A stretch of 64,000 nt of DNA from Amoebophrya sp. A120 (lineage: Eukaryota > Protista > Dinoflagellata). Below, in pieces: positions 1-10,000 of the stretch (its first letter is position 1; each line of letters begins with the position of its first letter). Under the pieces are notes generated by a model. The model made no database searches, had not been told where the DNA came from, and saw only the letters and a list, made by a program, of their open reading frames with translations. Made by a program: the position numbers and the translations under genes. Location of the stretch: positions 3,408,437 through 3,472,436 of the forward strand of contig CAJINV010000006.1 of assembly GCA_905178155.1 (NCBI GenBank), given 5' to 3'.

Positions 1-3000
1 CTCTTTGCTGCTCATGCAATACAGATTTTTTTAGAGTCCGAAATCAGCATGACAAGTTGAATTCTTCCAGACCCAGACATTTTTACAGTTGATACGTCGC
101 GATGCTCCGGGAGTTCAACAGCCCCAAATTCGCCCACACGATTGCGTACGCATTGCAAAAGTATCGTACTAGTTCTAGTAGTGATTGCATAACAAATTTG
201 CTTAGCATTTTTACGAACAAAACTTGTAATGCTGTTTTACCTTAGGAACGAGATTTGTCATGCATAACAGCAATTACAACTACGAGTGCGATACTTTTGC
301 AATGCATATCACCCTGCTCCAAACCGTGACACCAACTTTGAACCTCGCCCCGATGTTCTGCATCTTGTTTCTCGGTGCCAGGATGCGGGCCTTGCAAATG
401 GACCCCATTGACGGGCACGTGCAAAACTGGTATCGACTGCAAATATGTCTGGGTCTGGAACAAGGATGCAACTTGTGATGCGCATTTTGGATTAGACAAA
501 AATAATCAGTCATGCAGGGACAGCAAAAGTAGCTTACAACTCATCATCAAACTCTGGAATTTCTCATGCGATCTAGGCACTGGGAAACCTCAATCACCAA
601 ACCTGTGATGCTATTGCTGGCATGCCAGAGCTTCTGGGTCATGCAAAATCAGTATGACAAAGTCCGCAGTCATCCAGACTCAGACATATTTGCAATGCAG
701 AACTGGGCGAAGGTCGCGATGATCTTGACCACAACCGGTATGGAAGTGCAAATACGTCTGGGTCTGGAAACTTGTCATGATGAATTGGCGAGACTGAAAT
801 ACATTCCAATGCAGCCAAGCATGAGAAGTTTGCAGAGCCCGTCCTCTTGCGCAGTCCGCATGAGAAACAGGGCTTTTGTATTACAAAAAGGGGGACTCTC
901 TTGCTAGTCATGCAATACAGGTTTTACAGGAGTGTAGGACTAGCATTACAAGTTCCATATTTCCGGACCCAGAGATTTGCAATCCATAACCGGTATGGAA
1001 GTGCAGATTCTGGCGATGTTCGTCTGCGGCCTGTGTCTGAACGGCGAGGTGAGGGCGGGGAACTGTGAAGGGGATGTGTATCCTCAGCAAAAACGTCCCC
1101 AGCACAAAGTTGTAATGCAAATGCGCAATGACAGGAACATTTGTAATGCGCATCTCCACGAGACGACGAGGCATTTTTCATCGTGATTTGACAATTTTGT
1201 AATGCTGTAAACAGAATGAGAAATTGGCTTTCTCGTGCGGCTTGCTTAGCTTTCTCGTGCGGCTTGCCTTGCTAAGCACCACTACACTACAGACGGAAAC
1301 TTATCATGCACAACTCCCAAAGCTTGGCGGTTTGTGTTGCAGATTTACCAACTTGGCTATGGGTTGGGGTCGTTTTTGCTCCGGATAATGTGAGGTTTAA
1401 AGTCAGCAACCCCTGGGTCATGGTGGTGATGCAGGTAATGGTGATGTTGTCACGAATTCATCATGGTTTTTTGTCATGCGTGAAACTGCATGAGAAGGAC
1501 TTTCTGTCATGCATAAAACCACTTTACAAATATTTGTTCATTCTGCCATTCACAACATATTCAGATCATCCGTTGGTCCACGATCGTCTGCATCTATACC
1601 GGCGCATTGATGGTTTTAGTTTCCGTCTGCGTGCTCGAGCACCCGAAAGACCCGGCAAAGACGCCGCCAGTCAGCTCGGCAATGAAGTGTGTGATGATCT
1701 TGACGGTACTGTACCTCATTGTCTACTTCGGCCTGTTCCTGATGACCTCGCTCCGCACCTGCTTGGGCAGTCAGTTTGGTTCGTCCGTCCTCCGTGCGTT
1801 CGACACGGCTCGCGGCACGGTATTCTTCGCGCCGATGCTGTATCCTGCGTAAAAACGTTCCCACCCCAGAGTTGTCATGCAGAATTACAATCACTGAAAA
1901 ACTTGTAATGCGCATTTCCATGAGAGGCATTTTCAATCGTGTTATGCAATTTGTGATGCTGTCAAGAGAATACCAGGATGGATTTGTGATGCGGTTGTCC
2001 TTGCTAACCCGCACTACAGTACAGAGAAAAACTTGTCATGCGTGACTTCCAAAACTTCTGGATCTGTGTTGCAGAGTCCCCAACTTGACTCTGGGGTGGG
2101 GACGTTTTTACACAGGATATGCTCTCCGTCCTCTTCCTCGGGTGCCGACTCCGGGCGTTGCAGCTGACGAAGACCATGGGGTCGCCGCAGGGATATGCCC
2201 AGGACTGGATGTTTCTGGCCACCTGGGCCATCATGGGGCAAGTGCTACTCTGCTTCTTCCTGGGTCTCTTATGCATTGCAAAAGCATCGTACTCGTATAA
2301 AAATAAATGCATTACAAATTTCCTCAGCATGAGAAAGAAAATTTGTAAATGTAATGCGGATTTACCTTACGAAGAAGATTTGTCATGCATATTTGCAATT
2401 ACTACGAGTGCGATACTTTTGCAGTGCATATCGCTTCGCGCCGGGCGATTCCTCCGACCTGAAGCCGGACGAGGACGGCAACCTGCATATCACAGGAAAA
2501 AGGGTTAGCGTTAACGGAACTTGTTCCGATGAGAATTTGTGATGCAGTAATGCATCACAAAACGTCGTGTCCAAATTTGTCATGCATAGCATGCATGCTC
2601 GGCAAAATTTGTCATGCGCGACTGCAAACCGTGAAGAACCATCAAAACCGTTGATGTTATACCTTTTTTGTTTGATACTCCAGCTTCCGGAGTCTGCGGA
2701 CGGCGGGAAACCGGGCATCGCACGGTACTTAATGGAAGGCTTCCGCTACTTGTGCATGTTCAGTACGTACGGCGCGGCCATCGGAATTTGCTACGCGATC
2801 TATACTATCAAATGTAAAAATGTCTGGGTCTGGAAACTTGTGATGCTGTGTGGCGTATCATGAGGAGGCCACAATTGCTGGCTCAGCATGACAAGGTTCT
2901 GAGCTTCTAGGTGTTGCCTATTCATTCTGCATGACAAACTACGTCTGCTCTGCATGACAGAAAAGTGGGGCTCTTTGGTAATGTGCATGACAGATTTAAG

Positions 3001-5928
3001 AGTCATGCCAGACAAGCATGACAAACTTGCATTCTTCCAGAGGACCCAGACACTTTTACACTTGATCTACACCATGACCCCGACCAACGCAAACGGGTCC
3101 GGCTCGCTGTTCCCCTGGGGCCCGATATGACAGTGCACAACTCCCCCTCGTTCTCATTTCTCATGCAAAATCCCAAATCCAGTTGCTTCCTTGTATCACT
3201 ATTATGCATGACAAATTCCGCAAGTGGCCCAAACAGTACCACAGTGCGGGGCACACAAATTTGTCATGCATAGGCTCTACGTGTGCTGGTGTTTGTACTA
3301 TTGCTGTTCATGCTACACAAGTGAGGGGGAGAGGGGGGTGTGCACTCTCATACCCGATCCCCCAGCCCTTCGACCCGGCGGAAGCACTGCAGAACGCCGG
3401 AAAATATGCATTGCAAAAGTACCGTACTCGTATAAATGCATTACAAACAAGGTCCGAGCACGGGGACAGAGTCCCCGTGCGGCGACCTTCCGGCATTTGC
3501 CTGCCTGCGCGGTGGCACTGGGCAGGCAGGTCGCCTGCAGCTAGGTATCTCGGTGCGCCTTGCATTCACTGACCCGCGACGGGCCTGCGGACGCGGCACC
3601 CTTGCTTGCGCGCACTAGGTCCGTTCACCTGCCGCGCGCAAAGATAATATAAAAGAAAAGAAGAAACAAACTGGCGCCGGGTGCGGATCTGGAGCGAGCC
3701 GGCCCGCAAGTCATGACGCGGCGACAGAATCCCCACACTTCTGCCCTAGGGATTTTCTTCGCCCCGTGCTTTCTTGGCCGCGGGGCGTGGTGTCCGGAGA
3801 GTGTTCGTAGCTAGCCCCTAGGCCATGACGCGGGGACCGAGTCCCCGCGCTTGCCTAGGGCTTTCGCCCCGTGGCCGCACGGTGCCCGGGAAGCACTTGC
3901 AGCTGACCCCTAGGCCATGACGCGGGGACCGAGTCCCCGCGCTGGCCTAGGAAGGGCCTTCGCCCCGTGGCCGCGCGGTGTCCGGGAGACAGTTGCAGCT
4001 GGCCCCTAGGCCATGACGCGGGGACCGAGTCCCCGCGCTGGCCTAGGGCTTTCGCCTCGTGGCCACACGTTGTCCGGGAAGCGCTTGCAGCTGACCCCTA
4101 GGCCATGACGCGGGGACCGAGTCCCCGCGCTGGCCTAGGGCTTTCGCCCCGTGGCCACACGGTGTCCGGGAAGCACTTGCAGCTGACCCCTAGGCCAGGA
4201 CGTGGGGACCGAGCCCCCGCGCTGGCCTAGGGCTTTCGCCCCGTGGCCGCACGGTGTCCGGGAAGCAATTGCTGCTGGCCCCTAGGCCATGACGCGGGGA
4301 CCGAGTCCCCGCGCTGGCCTAGGGCTTTCGCCCCGTGGCCGCCCGCACGTTGTCCGGGAAGCACTTGCAGCTGACCCCTAGGCCATGACGCGGGGGCCGA
4401 GTCCCCGCGCTGGCCTAGGGCTTTCGCCCCTTGGCCGCACGGTGTCCGGGAACGAAGCGCTTGCTGCTGACCCCTAGGCCATGGCGCGGGGACCGAGTCC
4501 CCGCGCTGGCCTAGGGCTTTCGCCCCGTGGCCTCACGGTGTCCGGGAAGCACTTGCAGCTGGCCCCTAGGCCATGACGCGGGGACCGAGTCCCCGCGCTG
4601 GCCTAGGGCTTTCGCCCCGTGGCCGCACGGTGTCCGGGAAGCACTTGCAGCTGGCCCCTAGGCCATGACGCGGGGACCGAGTCCCCGCGCTGGCCTAGGG
4701 CTTTCGCCCCGTGGCCGCACGGTGTCCGGGAAGCACTTGCTGCTGGCCCCTAAGCCATGACGCGGGGACCGAGTCCCCGCGCTGGCCTAGGGCTTTCGCC
4801 CCGTGGCCGCACGGTGTCCGGGAAGGAAGCACTTGCAGCTGTCCCCTAGGCCATGACGCGGGGACCGAGTCCCCGCGCTGGCCTAGGGTTTTCGCCCCGT
4901 GGCCGCACGGTGTCCGGGAGCGCTTGCTGCTCGTTGGCCCCTAGGCCATGGCGCGGGGACCGAGTCCCCGCGCTGGCCTAGGGCATTCGCCCCGTGGCCG
5001 CCCGCACGGTGTCCGGGAAGCACTCGCAGCTGGCCCCTAGGCCATGACGCGGGGAAAGGGCCCCCGCGCTGGCCTAGGGCTTTCGCCCCGTGGCTGGCCG
5101 CACGGTGTCCGGGAAGCACTTGGTTGCAGCTGGCCCCTAGGCCATGACGCTCGCGGGGACCGAGTCCCCGCGCTGGCCTAGGACTTTCGCCCCGTGGCCG
5201 CACGGTGTCCGGGAAGCGCTTGCAGCTGACCCCTAGGCCATGACGCGGGGACCGAGTCCCCGCGCTGGCCTAGGGCTTTCGCCCCGTGGCCGCACGGTGT
5301 CCGGGAAGCACTTGCAGCTGACCCCTAGGCCATGACGCGGGGACCGAGTCCCCGCGCTGGCCTAGGGCTTTCGCCCCGTGGCCGCACGGTCCGTCTCGCG
5401 ACGCGTGACAGACTGGACCTCGGGGCCAAACCTCGCGTGACAAAGTCCGAAAGTTTGGCCGGGGTGTGTCCGAAAGTCTGTCTGGGGTGTGTCCGAAAGT
5501 CTGCCCGGGGTGTGTCCGGGGTGTGTCTGGGGTATGTTCGGACTTTTTGCCTGGGGTGTGTTCGGGGGTATGTCTGGGGTGTGTCTGGGGTGTGTCTGGG
5601 GTATGTTTATACCCCACCTTCTGCTTTTTCGCCAAAAATTTGTATTCAGGTCGTGACTGACTGCCATTTGCATACCCCTGACACACCCCCGAACATACCC
5701 CCGAGCATACCCCTCGCATGCATTTTTGACCAGCTGCTGCAGTTTAGATAGTAATTTCCCCAGCATGAGAAATGAAATTTGTAATGTGGATTTACCTTAA
5801 GAACAAGACTTGTAATGCAAGTCTTGCACTTATACGAATACGATACTTTTGCACAGGATAGAAAACAGCTCACCGTGCCGCCCCCGGCCGCTGCGTCGGG
5901 AAGTGCGGCTGCGGCGGGGTTTTTCTGA
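1..5928 (+). CDS. Multi-pass membrane protein of unknown function, 5' end outside window; split by 11 TAT..ATA elements and one GT-AG intron (1435-1564)
   Basis: Joined exons read ...TLLQTVTPTLNLAPMFCILFLGARMRALQMDPIDGHVQNWAKVAMILTTTGMEVQILA...GTVFFAPMLSVLFLGCRLRALQLTKTMGSPQGYAQDWMFL...AGKQLTVPPPAAASGSAAAAGFF, TGA at 5926-5928. The APM..LFLG.R.RALQ motif is internally duplicated. Frame is kept at each junction when the element plus 5 bp is removed. Confidence 0.85.
1435..1564 (+). other. Canonical GT-AG intron
   Basis: CAG|GTAATG...TTCAG|ATC joins VVMQ to IIRWS in frame. Confidence 0.8.
3126..3352. mobile_element. Introner family E (TATGACAGTGCACAACTCCCCCTC, about 220 bp); 4 copies
   Basis: DR CCCGA. 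Others: 10042-10264, 32357-32573, 45073-45338. Confidence 0.9.
3700..5390. repeat. GC-rich tandem repeat, 92-bp unit, about 18 copies
   Basis: GGCCTAGGGCTTTCGCCCCGTGGCCGCACGGTGTCCGGGAAGCACTTGCAGCTGACCCCTAGGCCATGACGCGGGGACCGAGTCCCCGCGCT recurs, e.g. starting at 4132 and 4224. Confidence 0.95.
5460..5715. repeat. GGGGTGTGTC-type short repeats followed by an inverted set
   Basis: GGGGTGTGTC/GGGGTATGT units at 5461-5607; ACACACCCC/ACATACCCC units at 5671-5713. Confidence 0.8.
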
Positions 5929-6437
5929 AGAACAAAGTGCTGAAGTTGCGACTTTGCTTCGTCCCAGCTGGTATTCATCGTTGTAGCGAGTAACAAAAGA
6001 AAACGCAACATGAGCGCAACTCTCTAGGCTGCAAAAGCAATTGCTATTGCATTTGCTCGCACGGTGCTTTCCTCAAATAGTAAAATGGTTGCCCTTATAA
6101 GAAAGTAGCCTCAACATTTACGATTTTTTCCTTGTCTAGATGGGACGGACTGTGCCAGTGGCGGAAAGAGTTTCCACATGGACGAAAGCGCACGGCAAAC
6201 TTATCTTTTCCAATAACTTTTTGTCACCATCGGTGATACTTAAAAACTGGTACTATATGGCTTCTGACGGGATTCGTCGAAGTGACAAAAAAAACAATTT
6301 TTTTCCCCAGCAGCTCATGGTCATGAGCAGGCTCGAAAGATGAACCATAGCAAGAATATGAATAAGCAAAGCAGGTCTACAACTGCACGACCCCACTCGC
6401 AAGATTTGGGGCGAACAGAAGTGCCTGCAAGAACCTC

Positions 6438-6925
6438 TTACGCAGAATTCTTGTTGAGTCTCTCTCGGTACAACTCCGCTACTGGGAGCAGCAATGACTT
6501 CTTTTGTTCCTCTTGGGCGGAGGCGTGGTGGCTTTTTACCTCCGCCGGGGTTAGTTGACGATCAGTATCCAAGAAAAAAACACCATCACAATCACATGTA
6601 GGAGGTTTTGCATCAGAAATTTCTCTCGCATGCCAAATATTTCACTCGCACACCCTAAACCCTAAACACAAAGGGAAATCGCCAATAACTCTTGACTGTG
6701 ATGCATTTTTGCGCATGACAAAAATTTTTGTATTGCAAAAATGTGCAATTAGTGATTGTGATGGTGTTTTTTTCTTGAATAATCAGGAGATGAAAACTCT
6801 AGCCGCCGGCAGTGAAGATCGAAGTAGATCATGATCCACCGCGTGACCAGGTCATATGATGGCTCACAGGAGAAGATCACAAGCAGACGCCCGAAATTGA
6901 TGGAAATGAAAAACCAGGCACCCAT
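6438..6925 (-). CDS. Possible small protein split by the element at 6566-6781
   Basis: Removing 6566-6781 plus one ATCAG copy gives MGAWFFISINFGRLL...LEFSSPD-RQLTPAEVKSHHASAQEEQKKSLLLPVAELYRERLNKNSA-stop. No homology recognised. Confidence 0.3.
6566..6781. mobile_element. Singleton TAT..ATA element (other singletons: 19550-19763, 28496-28629)
   Basis: 30-bp TIR TATCCAAGAAAAAAACACCATCACAATCAC, DR ATCAG, internal TGTGATGC and GCATGACA. Confidence 0.88.
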
Positions 6926-7082
6926 CGTCGTCGTCGCGATCTCTTCAGAAGTTGTTGTACTTCTTAGTACTACATCGAAACTAAGTCTAAGCACAAACAT
7001 GAATGACAACTACAATACCCGGCTTTGATATGATCGCTGATTTCGTTTTTTTTGCAACTTCTACTTGTTGACACGACACATC

Positions 7083-10000
7083 ATGGCAACTGCGAGGACT
7101 ACAAGAACCTCGCAGAAAATTATGTCGTTCTTTAGTCAAGGTCAACGCGCTCGAAGCTTCTGTCTGCTTTTCGTCCTGCTGCAAGCGTGGTGGTGGTGGT
7201 TCCTCCTGCTTCCTTCAGTCCGCGCTGATGTGGAGGCTGTAGGAGCAACTGCTTCCAGCAGTTCAAGTTCTGTGGGACGAGGCACTGCTGTTGCGAATGA
7301 AGATGATGGTCCTGCATCCGCTGCTGCTTCTGGACCACCTGGCGTCGATGTTGAAACAAAGAGCGCTACAAGGAGGAGCGACGTCGATGATATCAAATCC
7401 AAACCGGAAGCACAAGCACAAACTGCAGACGTCGCAGGTGCCACCGAAAACCAAGACGACAACGACGACCTGGAAGGCCCTCTGCCCGACCGGCCGGAGC
7501 CCTGGAACGACCGGGAAACTTGGTACCAAAACGAAGATAAGCTCGATCTAGAAGAGGAACAGCAGGCGTTTAACGAGGACAACGCGATAAACGATATTGT
7601 GGACGACGAGGACGACGTGAGTGCTGCCAACTTGGACCACGACCAGCAGCAGTCACGACAACCAGAACGGGCGACACAACATACTCCTGCGGGCAAGAAG
7701 ATAGAAGATGAAGGGCAGGAGGCGCAAAAACATCAAATAGACGGCCAGTCTTCCCTGTTAGAGGTGCAGGAAAAAATAAACAAGCAGCGCTTAAGCAGGG
7801 CAGGTGAAGCAGACAATAGCGAGGTGGGGGCGGGTGACGATGGTACTAGCAGTACGAGGAAAAATATGAAACCCCGTCCGAAAAAAGGCCACCTGGACAA
7901 GATCTTCAGTGACACGATTGACGAGATTTCTGAGCAACTGCCAAAAGACGAGTTTGAACTGGAGAAGCGAGAAAGCGCGCTCATGGATTATCAAATGCAA
8001 AAGTGTCTGGGTCTGGAAGATTGCGAGATTTGTCATGCTTGTGTGGCATGGCCAAAAAGTTTGTGATGCCTGTCCAAGAAGAGACCCTTTTGCCTGTCAT
8101 GCCAAAGCGCAGTTTGTCATGCGAAAAACGCAACACAGATATTTCTCATGCTTGGCTGTGCATTACAGAGCATCTACTATTCCCAACGCAGCATTACAAG
8201 TTTCCAGACCCAGACATATTTGCATTTGATATGGATCTGGTCAGCCTGAAATCCGATCTGGATCGCGACGTGGTGAAGAAAACCTCTATGCATTGCGAAA
8301 GTGTCGCACTCGTATAATGAATGCATTACAAATTTCTTCAGCATGAGAAATAAAATTTGTAATGTGGATTTACCTTATGAGCAAGATTTGTAATGCGTGT
8401 TTGCGATTTTTACTACGAGTGCGATGCTTTTGCATAGGATAACCTCGCTCGTCGAGCAAGACGCACAAAACCTCGACAACGACCTGCATAATCTGAAGGA
8501 AAAACAGGAAAAGGAACTGGTTTTGTCGCTACTCTATCCTGTGAAAAATGAGTATCGTGCGCCTACTAATCGCAATCTTGAATGACAGAAACAGATCTAG
8601 ACCCTTACCTCAATCAACAAAAGCATGACAAATTCCCGTTCTGTTTTTGAAAAAGTTGGCTGTCATGCAATTTGTACCACACGCGATGCTTTTGCATTGC
8701 ATAAACCCCACGGTGGAATGGACAGCGGACCGGTGGGTCGCAACAGCGGAAGTGGGACGGGTGAAACAGGCAGTGCTGGCGGTGGAACAGGCAGTGGCAG
8801 TGGCAGTGGATCAGCCTATCCCGTGCAAAAGTATCGCACTCGTACTAGTTGCTTTTTTGCATGACGTATCTTCTTCCTTAGGCTTAGCTAAACCCAATAA
8901 TTCAGCTCTAAATATTTCATTTATCACGCTGTCTGTGCAAATAATTTCTGTATGCAACTACTACCGTACCACCGCGATACAATACTTTTGCAATGCATAC
9001 AGGCAGTGGATCAACATTTGTGCAGCTAACAAAGGAAGACATCGAGAACTGGAGGCACCGGTATGGGCACTTCGTGTACCGCACCCTTTCCGCTGCCGAT
9101 CAAGCCAACGCACCGCAGAACGACTTGGAGCAGCGTGTCTTTCGTCTCTGCGAGCACATGGAGATTCGACCGCAGGAGTTTGATAAGCAGAAAACAGCCA
9201 ACTTCTACGCAAAAACGGTAGCGCCAGCTGGGAGTGGGAGACAGAACCAGCAGAAATCATCGTCCTACATTCAAGAAAAAGAAAAAGCCGGGCAAATGGG
9301 AGCGAACGCCTTCGGCGAGGATGAGGAGGAGAAAAAGCTGAATAGCTCTCCCCTTGTCGACATTTGGTGCAACTTCAAGGACGCTGAGTTGTTGGACGCG
9401 GATCGGTATCCTGTGCAAAAGTATTGTACTCGTAGTAATTGCTGTCATGCATTACAAATTTTTTTTTCTCATGCTGAGGAAAAATGCACTTTTAGGAGTA
9501 CGAGGATACTTTTGCAATGCATAATCGGGCTGCTGATCCCGAAGCAAGGCGACCGGAAATTGTCCCCATTCCCGCCGTATCAACTGCAAATATCGCTGGA
9601 TGTCTGGAAAAGTGTAAACTTGTCATGGAGGTTTTCCATGACCCATGAGGTCTGGAATGCGGGGCCTAGCATGACAGACTCTGTGAGGTCTTTGCCATGC
9701 CTATCCTGCATGAGAAACTCCCTCCCAACTCGGTCGACAGTGGACAGCTTTTGGCATTCATGCAACACAGATTTTTGCGTGATTCGGATTTAGCATGGCA
9801 AGTTGGCACTCTTCCAGACCTCCCAAACATATTTGCAACGTATACGCCGCGAGCCTGGACGGAACGCGTCTGCTGCATCCCCAGGACGCACTGAAAGACG
9901 TGAAAGAGCTCCGGTGGGACGGGAAGAAGCGCCTGTACACCATGGTTTCCAAACACGGGAAGCCAATCGCGAAGTTTGAGAAGGTGCACATCCCCTACGG

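Larger units (their letters stand above)
3448..5752. mobile_element. 2.3-kb non-coding, minisatellite-bearing insertion nested in a family-B element
   Basis: Splits host TACAAA^TTTCC with an AA duplication and ends ATAGT. Host DR GAAAA is intact at 3400-3404 and 5861-5865. Confidence 0.8.

Noticed and set aside
3700-5390. CRISPR-like palindromic array
   Set aside because: Units are head-to-tail with no unique spacers, there are no cas genes, and the context is eukaryotic.
4711-5766. ORFs in the GC-rich repeats (also 34810-35714 and 38101-38748)
   Set aside because: They are open only because the repeats lack stop codons.
7989-8231. Tc1/mariner MITE with TA target duplication
   Set aside because: A separate 5-bp repeat lies outside the TA, and the empty paralog site (59068-59072) has no TA.
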